DNA of 64,000 bases from Spirochaetia bacterium (GTDB lineage: Bacteria > Spirochaetota > Spirochaetia > UBA9216), in assembly GCA_965140585.1 (NCBI GenBank), contig OZ223265.1, forward strand, positions 192,001 to 256,000. Reading direction: 5' to 3'. Every line of letters starts with the position of its first letter. The stretch's first letter is position 1. Under the pieces are notes generated by a model that worked only from the letters and a program-made list of their open reading frames with translations, was not told the origin of the DNA and ran no database searches. Position numbers and translations under genes: made by a program. Below are positions 31,232 through 40,889 of the stretch, in pieces.

Positions 31232-32188
31232 ATGAAAAAAATTGCAATCCTGTTAATATTTTTATTCACAATTATTCCTGCTTATACCCAGTTTGAAGAG
31301 ATTACAGTCGCTGATCTGTCTTCGGCAGTTGATTCACAGGTAAGAATAATCACAACGGATGACACTGCATTTCAAGGGATTGTTTATGAGGTTGATGATG
31401 ATTTTGTAACAATAATAGCGTTCAGCGGTGAGGTTATCCGGATTTATAAGAAGTCCATAACCGAGGTACTGAAAGTTGCCCCCGGAACTGATAAAAAGAG
31501 TCTGTTCCGTGATTCAGCATCAAACCGTCTTATCGTAATGCCAACCGGCTTTGCAATGGAACCCGGAGAATTCCACGTTGCCGACCAGGAAATTGCAGCT
31601 GTTACAATGAGCTACGGATTAAGTGAACACTTCACGCTGTGGGGAGGAATAAGTGTACCAGGAGCAATATTAAGTGCAAGACATATTCAGAAACTCAGTG
31701 AGGAAGCTGCGCTGTCTGTCGGTACCTTCGGAGGGGTTTCCTGGCTCGAATTTACCGGAATACTTCTACCCTACACTATTTTCTCATATGGGACTCCGGA
31801 GAATAATTTCACTATAGGCGGCGGAGGTGCTTTTACCTTTGATGAAACTGACTTTTCCTTTGACGCAGCAGTTCTGGCGTTGGGCGGTAAATGGATATTC
31901 TCAGATACAACCGCCCTTGTAACCGAAACCTGGATAATCTGGGGAGAAATGATCAGTTCATCAGGGGAATTCACTGAAGAGACAACAGCCTGGGATCCTG
32001 TACCGATGCTGATTACGCCTGCGGTTACGTTCAGGATTGCAGGTGAAAAGCTCAGCTGGGATATCGGCGCTGTTGTTCCCGTAATTATTGAACAGGAATC
32101 AGGAAGGTATGTTGCCCACGGGCTCACCGATGAAAACTATACCTTCATCCCGATTCCGATTTTGTCTCTGACTTACAGGATAGATTGA
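31232..32188 (+). CDS. exported hypothetical protein, probable outer-membrane beta-barrel
   Basis: Signal peptide, amphipathic beta-strand pattern, C-terminal LSLTYRID. Confidence 0.65.
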   Translation: MKKIAILLIFLFTIIPAYTQFEEITVADLSSAVDSQVRIITTDDTAFQGIVYEVDDDFVTIIAFSGEVIRIYKKSITEVLKVAPGTDKKSLFRDSASNRLIVMPTGFAMEPGEFHVADQEIAAVTMSYGLSEHFTLWGGISVPGAILSARHIQKLSEEAALSVGTFGGVSWLEFTGILLPYTIFSYGTPENNFTIGGGGAFTFDETDFSFDAAVLALGGKWIFSDTTALVTETWIIWGEMISSSGEFTEETTAWDPVPMLITPAVTFRIAGEKLSWDIGAVVPVIIEQESGRYVAHGLTDENYTFIPIPILSLTYRID

Positions 32189-32198
32189 GAACTGGAGA

Positions 32199-32585
32199 CT
32201 AAGCCAGCCTTTCAGCGCCGCAGTAGATTTCGAATGGTTTAAGATAGAAAGCTGCGTTTGGTGTCATTTCCGGACGGTTCTCATGTACCCAGTCTGCAAC
32301 TTCATCATAACCTATCCCCTCTGTAACGCATTCTGCGCTGCATTTAATCTGATAGGCTTTTTTTGTATCCGGATCAAGTACAACAACACTCATAACCGGA
32401 TTGCTGTCGAGGTTTGAACGGGTTTTTACAAATTTATTATCTGCAACCACAAGTGTCTTATCATCAACAGCCTTGATATATGTGACATACACAAGGTTGG
32501 GTACTCCGTTTTTATCTGCGGTTGCAATACATGTTGGTTTTGTTTTTTCAATGGCAGTCAGAACTTCTGCTGAAAGTTTTACCAT
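32199..32585 (-). CDS. pyridoxamine 5'-phosphate oxidase-like FMN-binding protein
   Basis: IATADKNGVPN, KTRSNLDSNP, AYQIK. Confidence 0.88.
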   Translation of the reverse strand: MVKLSAEVLTAIEKTKPTCIATADKNGVPNLVYVTYIKAVDDKTLVVADNKFVKTRSNLDSNPVMSVVVLDPDTKKAYQIKCSAECVTEGIGYDEVADWVHENRPEMTPNAAFYLKPFEIYCGAERLA

Positions 32586-32667
32586 CAGAGGGACTCCTTC
32601 ATTGTCTGGAAGACAGTTATAAACATATGTTCAATACTATCAAATATTAGAACTATACGTCCACACT

Positions 32668-32868
32668 TTACTCAGAATAAGTAAAAACATCCTCAATATT
32701 TTTTCCGAAAAGCAAGGCAACCTTGAAACCCATCTCCAGTGAGGGAACATAGCGGTTCTTTTCAAGGGAAATAATTGTCTGTCGTGTTACATTTAGCCTA
32801 GTAGCGAACTCTTCCTGGGTCCAGCCCGCATTCTTCCTAAGCTCAGCTACCCTGTTTATAATCATCAT
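32668..32868 (-). CDS. XRE-family HTH regulator
   Basis: TQEEFA...VTRQTIISLEKNRYVPSL. Confidence 0.93.
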   Translation of the reverse strand: MMIINRVAELRKNAGWTQEEFATRLNVTRQTIISLEKNRYVPSLEMGFKVALLFGKNIEDVFTYSE

Positions 32869-33263
32869 CCCTTCCTGGCAAGTAATGCATATGAAAGACC
32901 AAAAACACCAGATAGTATGGACACCGTAAGGACTGCGCCCATTCCGATAAATTTAAGTTCAGTAAAATCTGGAAAGACATTCATTACAAAAAATCCGAAT
33001 ATAAATATTAGCGGTGTAAGTATCCGAAATGAGACAAACATGGCTTTTTCGGCTAGAGAACGAGTTCGTTCATCTCCAAGAGACTCAGCAACTTTTCGGA
33101 CCGACAGTCTGTCGATTATAATCAGCAATACTGCAGCTGAAAGCGCATAAATCCACATTCCCTGCAGGGTAAGTCCCGGAAAAATAACAGGAAGAATAAA
33201 ACCGGAAAGTATAAGCAGAACAATCCCAATCGGAAGGATTTTTGAATATGTTTCTCTTTTCAT
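32865..33263 (-). CDS. membrane protein (DUF2178-like)
   Basis: Four TM helices with a central DER motif; overlaps the XRE start. Confidence 0.75.
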   Translation of the reverse strand: MKRETYSKILPIGIVLLILSGFILPVIFPGLTLQGMWIYALSAAVLLIIIDRLSVRKVAESLGDERTRSLAEKAMFVSFRILTPLIFIFGFFVMNVFPDFTELKFIGMGAVLTVSILSGVFGLSYALLARKG

Positions 33264-33276
33264 TTACAGACTCCAA

Positions 33277-33327
33277 ATGTAAAATATGTTTTACATTTAA
33301 TGTAAAATGTTTTTTACATCAAGTCAA
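33277..33327 (-). promoter_or_regulatory. sigma70 promoter with two tandem palindromic operators
   Basis: TTGACT-N17-TACATT; ATGTAAAA-N4-TTTTACAT at 33277-33296 and 33300-33319. Confidence 0.8.
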
Positions 33328-33328
33328 G

Positions 33329-33363
33329 AAAAAAACCGACTGGAATAAACTTCCAGCCGGTTT
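33329..33363 (-). terminator. terminator of the nucleotidase gene
   Basis: CCGGCTGGAA-GTTTA-TTCCAGTCGG plus T7 on the minus strand. Confidence 0.8.
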
Positions 33364-33386
33364 CATATCTGATTTTACGGGAAAAC

Positions 33387-35198
33387 TCAGTCTACCATGA
33401 GTCCTTCATAAAGAATCTTGTAATCAACAACTTTAGCAGCATTCCACCAGTCTGCTGGTACTACTGACCAGTTGCCGATAGCTGCAGGTTTTACAGTTCC
33501 TTCCTTTTCAATCCAGGTCATCAGATAGTAGCGGAGGTCCTGAAGTGTTGAAGACATCATCCTTGTTTCAAGCTCTTCATCGGTAAGTCCGGCACCGCGG
33601 GTAAGGTGTCCGCCGCCGCCGCTTGCACGGTATGAGTTGATGGCGACGAGGTAGGTTTCATCCATTTTAAAGGCTCTGCCGTCTGAGAAGCCCTTGATTG
33701 CGACTCTCTGACCGGCAGGTTTTGAAACATCAACTGTGTAGTCGATTCCGGCGGCTGAGTCGTAGTTATAGTAGCGGGTTGCGGTATCGTATGAAGAGTA
33801 TCTCTCGTTGTATATCATCTTTCCGGCATCATCACGCTTGAAATTGATTAGACGGTCATCAGGACCGGTCATTGTTCCGAACCAGTTGGCATATGAATAC
33901 TCGAGAAAATCCTTGATTTCCTGACCGGTAAGGTTCATGGTGTACAGAAGGTTTTCATACTGATAAAGTTTGAACATATCGCGTACATAAACCTTTCCTT
34001 CCTTGATTGTGGCGTCGAAGGAAAGAGGTGCTGCAAATGAAACATCTGCATCGGTGAGTTCAAGCTGGATTCTGTGAATCAGGTCAACAAAGGGTGAATC
34101 GCCGAACATGGCCTCTCTCGTACCTATTGTTGCTGTAAATTCACCTATCGACTTTGCAACAAAATCTTTAACTTCCTGTTTTACACCTTCAAACTCTGCA
34201 GCAAATGCTGCATCAACCGGAAGTGTATCTCCCTCAATTATTTCAGCACTTATATCCTTGTTCCATGATTTTGATGCCTTGTCATAGCTCATTTTTACAC
34301 TTACAGAAGCTATACTTCTTGCGGCATTTGTTCCGCCTGCAATTAAAACTTCATTTCCTGAAGGGTCTTTAACCGTGTAATTATGTGACTGATGATCATG
34401 TCCGGTGAGAATTACATCAAATCCTGATACCGCCTTAGCTACAAGCTCGACACCATTCGGGTTTAGAACATCACCTTCTGCATAACCGTCATATGTGAAA
34501 TCTGTTCCGGCATGGAAAAGGCCTATCAGAAGGTCCGGCTTCTCATCTGCAAGGATTTTCGGAACCCATTTTTCAGCGGTTTCAACCATCCCCTTGAATT
34601 CCATACCTTCCCAGAGGTTTTCAGGCAGCCAGGTTGGAACACCCGGAGTACACATGCCAAGCACAGCAATCTTTGCTCCGCCCTTCCAGATGATTGTGTA
34701 GGGAGTAAAATAGGGTTCACCGTTTGATTTATCTATTACATTAGCAGCAAGCCATGGGAAGTTAAACTCATCTAACAACTTATCATAAACATCATGCCCG
34801 GCTTCTACATCGTGGTTACCTACAGAACCGGCATCATAGCCTGCATAATTCATCACAAGACTTGCTATGTGCTGTTTATCAGTTGCTACGAAGTTTGAAT
34901 AGTAAACTACCGGCTGGCCCTGAAGTATATCTCCATTGTCAAGAAATAGAACTTTCTGACCTTCTTTCTTTCTCTCGGAAGTGACATAGCTCATCACCTG
35001 AGTCAGCGATGTTTTTGATTCCCTGTCGTTGATAAAATCATAGGGAAAGATCGAACCGTGTATGTCTGTTGTCTCGATGATTTTAAGCGTGAAGTCACCG
35101 GTGTAATCCATCTCCGGATTCGATGTGCTCAGACAGCCTGTGATCAACAGAACTGCTGCGAGTAGTGAAAAAAAGACTGGTAATAGTTTTCTTTTCAT
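33387..35198 (-). CDS. CpdB/UshA-type 2',3'-cyclic nucleotide phosphodiesterase / 5'-nucleotidase lipoprotein
   Basis: Lipobox ITGC; DIHG, DNGDILQG, GNHD and GHDH metallophosphatase motifs; C-terminal YQYEN substrate domain. Confidence 0.93.
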   Translation of the reverse strand: MKRKLLPVFFSLLAAVLLITGCLSTSNPEMDYTGDFTLKIIETTDIHGSIFPYDFINDRESKTSLTQVMSYVTSERKKEGQKVLFLDNGDILQGQPVVYYSNFVATDKQHIASLVMNYAGYDAGSVGNHDVEAGHDVYDKLLDEFNFPWLAANVIDKSNGEPYFTPYTIIWKGGAKIAVLGMCTPGVPTWLPENLWEGMEFKGMVETAEKWVPKILADEKPDLLIGLFHAGTDFTYDGYAEGDVLNPNGVELVAKAVSGFDVILTGHDHQSHNYTVKDPSGNEVLIAGGTNAARSIASVSVKMSYDKASKSWNKDISAEIIEGDTLPVDAAFAAEFEGVKQEVKDFVAKSIGEFTATIGTREAMFGDSPFVDLIHRIQLELTDADVSFAAPLSFDATIKEGKVYVRDMFKLYQYENLLYTMNLTGQEIKDFLEYSYANWFGTMTGPDDRLINFKRDDAGKMIYNERYSSYDTATRYYNYDSAAGIDYTVDVSKPAGQRVAIKGFSDGRAFKMDETYLVAINSYRASGGGGHLTRGAGLTDEELETRMMSSTLQDLRYYLMTWIEKEGTVKPAAIGNWSVVPADWWNAAKVVDYKILYEGLMVD

Positions 35199-35316
35199 CT
35201 TTTTACTCCTTTTTACTCCTTTTTATTTTTTTATTAATTTATTGTAATACCAGTACGCGGATATTAAAAGAGTATTAGTTCTCAAAAAGAAAAGGATTAG
35301 AAAAGTATATTTAAAG

Positions 35317-36003
35317 TTACAGTCCTTCTCCGGCAAGCTCTCTCACAATTGATTCCGCAGAATCAAGACTACATCCGAAACGGCCGACTCCCAGCTCGAC
35401 CATTTTCTGAGCTGTTTTCATATCACGGACACCTCCGGCAGCTTTTATCCCGCACCCCGTCCCTTCGACGGCTTTTTTAATGATGCCGACGTTTTTAAAA
35501 TTTGCTCCCGTTTCTGCCCAGCCTGTCGCGGTTTTTACGAACCTTGCACCGCAGTCAGCAGCAATCTTTGATGCAGTAAATATTTCTTCATCAGTCAGGT
35601 GATGTACTTCCAATATGGTTTTTAAAATCCTTCCATTTGCAGCTTTGACCACAGCGCTAATATCATTTTCAAATTCCTTCAGCATTCCGGCCTTAAGCCA
35701 TGTGATATTTATAACCATATCAATCTCGCCGCAACCGGATTTAAGCAAATCTTCAGTTTCCCTGATTTTCATTGAAGTACTGGCACCTCCAGAAGGAAAC
35801 CCTACAGCTCCTCCAATGAAGGTTTTACTATTAGAGCCTAACATTGTTTTCAACAGCTCAATGTGCGCGGGCAAGCTATAGACTCCTGCAAATCCCCAGT
35901 TTTGAGCAAGGTCGACCATTCTTTTAAGTTCTGTAATAGATGATTCAGCCTTTACAACAGCCAAATCTGTTATTTTTGCAAAATTTTCTGTTGTGAGTTT
36001 CAT
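35317..36003 (-). CDS. deoC: deoxyribose-phosphate aldolase (DeoC-like class I aldolase)
   Basis: GFPSG, EIDMVIN, KTILE, FVKTATG (Schiff-base Lys), IKAAGG; ATG 36003 with GGAGG SD; N-terminus divergent. Confidence 0.82.
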   Translation of the reverse strand: MKLTTENFAKITDLAVVKAESSITELKRMVDLAQNWGFAGVYSLPAHIELLKTMLGSNSKTFIGGAVGFPSGGASTSMKIRETEDLLKSGCGEIDMVINITWLKAGMLKEFENDISAVVKAANGRILKTILEVHHLTDEEIFTASKIAADCGARFVKTATGWAETGANFKNVGIIKKAVEGTGCGIKAAGGVRDMKTAQKMVELGVGRFGCSLDSAESIVRELAGEGL

Positions 36004-36104
36004 TATTGCCTCCATATTTTCTATCTGTATTATTTTGAGACACCCACAAGACAGTTGTCAAGAATCAATTTCCGTTAAAAAATATATCATTGGAATTTTA
36101 TTGC

Positions 36105-36133
36105 TTGATATGTCTCATTTTTAGACATATGAT
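36105..36133 (+). promoter_or_regulatory. activator promoter with a palindromic operator filling the spacer
   Basis: TTGATA-[TGTCTCATTTTTAGACA]-TATGAT, with ATG 7 nt downstream. Confidence 0.75.
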
Positions 36134-36140
36134 GATTCAC

Positions 36141-38102
36141 ATGGATCCATTTGAAATATGGCGTAATTTTGCGGTTGATAAAACGACATCATCTCCGGAG
36201 AATATCAGAAATATTATATCGGACTCATGGGAACGCAGCAGGCGCTACGGAATAGATCCTCTTTTTTCCGGCATAAAAATGGTCAATGATGAAGAAATCG
36301 AAAAGCGCCGACTTAGGCGCACTGATTTATTGAAAGCAGCAATGCCCCATCTTCATAAACTTTATAAAATAATCAATAAAAGCCTTACTACAATAACTCT
36401 TTCAGATGAAGACGGGGTCATTCTTGAAGCGTTTTATAATGAAGAACTCGCCGGGATGAAAAATTTCCCGGCTGTAGGGTCTGTTCACTCCGAATCAGCA
36501 GTTGGAACCGGCGGTATAGGAATAGCTATAGCCACTGCCCAGCCTGTACAAGTAATAGGGGCAGAACACTGGTTGAAGGATAACCATCATTGGCACTGCA
36601 ATGCTGTCCCGATAAGCAGAAATGATGTTCTTATTGGAACTCTGAACCTATTATGCCCCATGGAAAATGGCCATGAACATTCACTGGGGATGGTTTCTGC
36701 AGCTGCATACGCTATCGAAAGAGAAATGGAGATGAACGTAATCCTTCGGGAGCATAAGAATCTGGCAAGCCTCCAGAAAACAGTTATCGAACTTCTGGAT
36801 ACCGGCCTGATAATTACCGACCGGAACTGCGTAATCACCCAGAACAATGGAAAGGCAGAGCAGATTCTTGAGCGTAGAGGTGACTGGTCAGGTCTGGATC
36901 TCTCATCTGTGATCACTACAAGCTATGATTTCAGAAGTGTTGTAAAAAACAAAATTCAACTTGATAATTACGAAATACCTGTAAAGATAGGAAACAGGCA
37001 TACATATCTAGGGTTTTCTACAGCTTTTATTGAGAATAATTCACAGACAGAAAGGATGGTTGTAAGAATCAGGGAGGCCCAGTCAATAAGGCATTTTGCC
37101 AATATTGCGGGAGGCTCCAAAGCTATTTATAATTTCGAAGATATAATCGGAGTTTCGAAACCCCTGGATAAATCGATGAAAATAGCCCATCTTGCCTCAA
37201 AAAATACAACAAACGTTCTAATCACCGGTGAAAGCGGAACCGGCAAAGAACTCATAGCACAATCCATACATAATGCCAGCAAGAGAAAAGATCACCCCTT
37301 TGTTGCAATAAACTGTGGCGCATTATCAAGGGAACTCATACAGTCTGAACTGTTCGGATATGAAGGGGGAGCTTTTACCGGAGCAAAAAAGAACGGCAAC
37401 CCGGGTAAATTTGAACTTGCAGACGGAGGAACTCTGTTCCTTGATGAAATTGGAGAGATGCCCCTTGATGCACAGACAAACCTGCTGAGAGTACTTCAAA
37501 CAGGCAACGTCCTTCGAATCGGGGCACGGCACCCAAACAAGGTTGATGTAAGAATAATTGCTGCTACAAACAAGAACCTGGAATGGGAGATAAGCCAGAA
37601 AAACTTCCGGAAAGATCTTTACTACCGTCTGAATGTACTTCAAATTGCATTGCCTCCGCTTAGGGAAAGAATATCGGATGTAGATATTCTTGCAGAATAC
37701 TTCCTTGAGCGGTTCACAAAGGAAATGAACTACACAATTGACGGTTTTACAGAAGAAGCAGCTGATGCTTTGAGAAAATACAGCTGGCCGGGAAATATCA
37801 GGGAGCTGGAAAATACAGTCGAACGCGCAGTTCTCATAACCCGGGATAATCAGATAACAGCTGCAGACCTCCCGGACTCAATAATTAAACAAACGGAAGA
37901 TACAGATTTACAAGTCTTCAGGGAGTCCTCAGCGGGAGGACATCCATCAAGTATAAGTGATATGGAGATTGAATATATTCGAGAGCTCCTGGTTGAACAT
38001 CATGGTAATTTACGTTCCGCTTCAACAGCTATGGGTGTAGCCCGAAGTACGCTTTATAACAAACTGAAAAAGTACAACCTGAATGCAGATGATTACAGGT
38101 GA
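36141..38102 (+). CDS. sigma54-dependent activator, GAF-PAS-AAA+-Fis (AcoR/DhaR-like)
   Basis: ISDSWERS GAF start, GESGTGKE, GAFTGA, LFLDEIGE, WPGNIREL, Fis HTH; start likely ATG 36141. Confidence 0.95.
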   Translation: MDPFEIWRNFAVDKTTSSPENIRNIISDSWERSRRYGIDPLFSGIKMVNDEEIEKRRLRRTDLLKAAMPHLHKLYKIINKSLTTITLSDEDGVILEAFYNEELAGMKNFPAVGSVHSESAVGTGGIGIAIATAQPVQVIGAEHWLKDNHHWHCNAVPISRNDVLIGTLNLLCPMENGHEHSLGMVSAAAYAIEREMEMNVILREHKNLASLQKTVIELLDTGLIITDRNCVITQNNGKAEQILERRGDWSGLDLSSVITTSYDFRSVVKNKIQLDNYEIPVKIGNRHTYLGFSTAFIENNSQTERMVVRIREAQSIRHFANIAGGSKAIYNFEDIIGVSKPLDKSMKIAHLASKNTTNVLITGESGTGKELIAQSIHNASKRKDHPFVAINCGALSRELIQSELFGYEGGAFTGAKKNGNPGKFELADGGTLFLDEIGEMPLDAQTNLLRVLQTGNVLRIGARHPNKVDVRIIAATNKNLEWEISQKNFRKDLYYRLNVLQIALPPLRERISDVDILAEYFLERFTKEMNYTIDGFTEEAADALRKYSWPGNIRELENTVERAVLITRDNQITAADLPDSIIKQTEDTDLQVFRESSAGGHPSSISDMEIEYIRELLVEHHGNLRSASTAMGVARSTLYNKLKKYNLNADDYR

Positions 38103-38117
38103 AAAATGAATGAAAAC

Positions 38118-38255
38118 ACTACATGTCCGTAAGACATGTACAGACTACATGTCTTATATCGCTACACGCCTTCTACTGTATAGGAGTTATTTTTTAAATT
38201 ATTTGAACCTTTTAAGTTCAATTCCCTCATTTTAAAGATTGGCATGCTTTCTGCA
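38118..38255 (+). promoter_or_regulatory. sigma54 promoter with upstream activator sites
   Basis: TGGCATGCTTTCTGCA (GG 38241-38242, GC 38253-38254); TACATGTC-N5-GACATGTA at 38120-38140; TGTCTTATATCGCTACA at 38150-38166. Confidence 0.85.
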
Positions 38256-38306
38256 TTAGATAACTCAACTTCGTATGAAGTTAAAAATAAATCAGGAGGA
38301 TTTAAT

Positions 38307-39323
38307 ATGAATTTAGTAAGGAGAATTGGAATTGGTGTACTGATGCTAATGATAGCAGGCACACTATTCGCTGCAGGACAGCAGGATGCATCAGGTCCAG
38401 CTGGAGAAAAACCATATGAAATCGCAGTTGTTATCAAAGCTACAGACTCAGATTTCTGGCAGTATCTGCTTGTTGGCGCTAAAAATTATGAAGCAGAGCA
38501 TCCTGATCTGGTAAAGGTCACAACCTACGGTCCGCCATCTGAAGCAGATATCGCTCAGCAGGTTGCTATCCTTGAAGATGTTATTTCCAAAAACCCCGAC
38601 GGAATAGTTATTGCTTCAACAAGTTCTGATGCTACTGTACCTGCACTCGAATCAGCTTATGACAAGGGAATTGCAATTGTCACAGTCGACAACAAAGTAA
38701 ACACGGACAAGGTTCACACCTTCCTGGCTACAGATAATCTGGTAGGCGGTGCAATGGCTGCAGAAAAGATGGTTGAGTATATGAAGAGCTCGGGTATTCC
38801 TCTCAAAGGCAAGGTTGGTGTAGTTAGCGCAATGGCAGGTATTCAGGTTCTTACGGATCGTGACAGCGGATTCGCCAACAGACTCAAGGAACTTGCACCG
38901 AATATCGAAATCCTTGAAACCAGATATGTTGACAACGACATTGTCAAAGCACTGGGTGTAACTGAAGACCTTATCACCACCAATGGTGATGAGCTTATCG
39001 GTATTTTTGCTGACAACAACCATACAGCTGACGGTGTTGCAAGAGCTATCGGTGAACAGGGACTCAAAGATAAGGTAATCGTAACAGGCTATGATTCAGA
39101 CCCAGAAGAAGTTGCAGCAATTAAATCAGGCGTTCTAAAAGCTATCATGGTCCAGGACCCATATGGAATGGGATACAAGGGAGTAGATTCAGCAGTAACA
39201 ATTATTGAAGGCGGTTCACTTCCATCATTCGTAGATACCGGGGTTGTCGGTGTTGAAAAGAGTAATGTTAACGATGCTGATATACAGGGCCTCCTTGATC
39301 CTTATTCAATGAAAAAATACTAA
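38307..39323 (+). CDS. sugar ABC transporter substrate-binding protein (RbsB-like)
   Basis: FAAGQQD signal, ATDN..GG, GYD, VQDPYGMGY; ATG 38307 with AGGAGG SD. Confidence 0.93.
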   Translation: MNLVRRIGIGVLMLMIAGTLFAAGQQDASGPAGEKPYEIAVVIKATDSDFWQYLLVGAKNYEAEHPDLVKVTTYGPPSEADIAQQVAILEDVISKNPDGIVIASTSSDATVPALESAYDKGIAIVTVDNKVNTDKVHTFLATDNLVGGAMAAEKMVEYMKSSGIPLKGKVGVVSAMAGIQVLTDRDSGFANRLKELAPNIEILETRYVDNDIVKALGVTEDLITTNGDELIGIFADNNHTADGVARAIGEQGLKDKVIVTGYDSDPEEVAAIKSGVLKAIMVQDPYGMGYKGVDSAVTIIEGGSLPSFVDTGVVGVEKSNVNDADIQGLLDPYSMKKY

Positions 39324-39334
39324 TGAAGTTTTAT

Positions 39335-39367
39335 GGGAAAGCAGTCAGAAGGCTGCTTTCCCTTTTT
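39335..39367 (+). terminator. stem-loop after the binding-protein gene (partial terminator or mRNA stabiliser)
   Basis: GGGAAAGCAGTC-AGAA-GGCTGCTTTCCC-TTTTT. Confidence 0.75.
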
Positions 39368-39384
39368 AGTTACAGGAGGACGGT

Positions 39385-40878
39385 TTGAGCGAAACAGCAT
39401 TTATTGAGCTGAATCAGATAGTTAAAAATTTCCCCGGTGTTAAAGCACTTAACGGGGTTGGTTTTTCAGTTTATCCAGGCGAGGTTCATGGATTGGTCGG
39501 GGAAAATGGAGCTGGAAAATCAACAATTATCAAAATACTTATGGGCGTACACCAGAAAGATGAAGGCTCGATAAAAATAAACGGGGAAGATGTCACTATA
39601 GAAAACACTATAAAGGCTGGGAAACTCGGACTTTCAGCCGTTTACCAGGATCTGAACCTTGCTCTTGATCTGAGTATAGGTGAAAATTTCTTCATTGGTA
39701 ATCTTCCAAGAAAAAAAACAGGTTTAATCGATTGGAAGCATATCTATGAAGAAACTGAAAAGACACTCAGGGAACTGAAGATTACAGTTAATCCCAAAAG
39801 CAAAATTTCCGAGCTTTCACCGGCTATGCAGGAGATGGTCGCCATTGCAAAGACTGTTCATCTGAATGCCAAACTTGTAGTTTTTGATGAACCTACAGCG
39901 TTGCTGACCAATGATGAAGTGGATATTCTCTTCAACATCATCAATACCCTCAAAGAAAAAAACGTTGCCATAATCTATATATCACACCGTCTGGAAGAAA
40001 TTTTTCGTATCTGTGAAACTGTTACAATTTTCAAAGACGGTGAAAAAATCGACAGCCTTAAAGTAAGTGAGACAAATGAGGAAGAGCTGATCAACAAGAT
40101 GGTCGGAAGGAATATCAGCGAAATGTACGCCATCGAACACCAGCCCCCCGGACGAGAACTTCTTACAGTAAAAAATATCACAAGTAAAGGAAAATTCCGT
40201 GATATCAGTTTCAGCGTAAGATCCGGTGAGATTTTTGGTTTTTTCGGTCTTGTAGGTTCAGGACGAACAGAGATCGTAAGATCCCTGTTTGGAGCGGATC
40301 CACTGGACAGTGGAGAAATCCTTCTTGACGGTAAAGAATACAAACCCAGAAACCCAATTGACGGTATAAAAAATGGGATCGGCCTACTTCCGGAAAACAG
40401 AAAAGAGGAAGGACTGGCTCTTGGACTATCGGTAAAGCATAATATCAACCTTTCATCCTACATGGATATCAACAAGTTGGGTTTTGTAAAAAGTAAGATA
40501 GAAAACGAACGAGCGAATCTCTATATAGATAAAATGAATATCAAGACACCTTCCAACAACCAGATTGTAGGAAATCTATCGGGAGGAAACCAGCAGAAGG
40601 TTGTAATCGGAAAGTGGCTATGCAATGACAGCAGCATTCTTATTTTTGATGAACCTACTGTAGGCATTGACGTAGGGGCAAAACGGGAGATTTTCAAACT
40701 GATGGAAGAGCTTGCCTCATATGGAAAAGCAATAGTACTGATCTCATCCTACCTGCCTGAAGTAATGGGACTCTCCGACAGAATTGCAGTCATCTATGAG
40801 GGAAATCTTTCAGCTGTAGTCGAAAGAAAAGATTTTGACGAGGAACTAATACTTAAACATGCCTCAGGCATAAATTGA
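39385..40878 (+). CDS. sugar ABC transporter ATPase (CUT2, RbsA-like)
   Basis: GENGAGKST, two DEPT motifs, LSGGNQQK. Confidence 0.96.
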   Translation: MSETAFIELNQIVKNFPGVKALNGVGFSVYPGEVHGLVGENGAGKSTIIKILMGVHQKDEGSIKINGEDVTIENTIKAGKLGLSAVYQDLNLALDLSIGENFFIGNLPRKKTGLIDWKHIYEETEKTLRELKITVNPKSKISELSPAMQEMVAIAKTVHLNAKLVVFDEPTALLTNDEVDILFNIINTLKEKNVAIIYISHRLEEIFRICETVTIFKDGEKIDSLKVSETNEEELINKMVGRNISEMYAIEHQPPGRELLTVKNITSKGKFRDISFSVRSGEIFGFFGLVGSGRTEIVRSLFGADPLDSGEILLDGKEYKPRNPIDGIKNGIGLLPENRKEEGLALGLSVKHNINLSSYMDINKLGFVKSKIENERANLYIDKMNIKTPSNNQIVGNLSGGNQQKVVIGKWLCNDSSILIFDEPTVGIDVGAKREIFKLMEELASYGKAIVLISSYLPEVMGLSDRIAVIYEGNLSAVVERKDFDEELILKHASGIN

Positions 40879-40889
40879 AGGAGAGTGCA

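Noticed and set aside
28068-35198. Large genomic island starting at tRNA-fMet
   Set aside because: I found no integrase and no further copy of the tRNA 3' end downstream; only the 179-bp unit is bounded by repeats.
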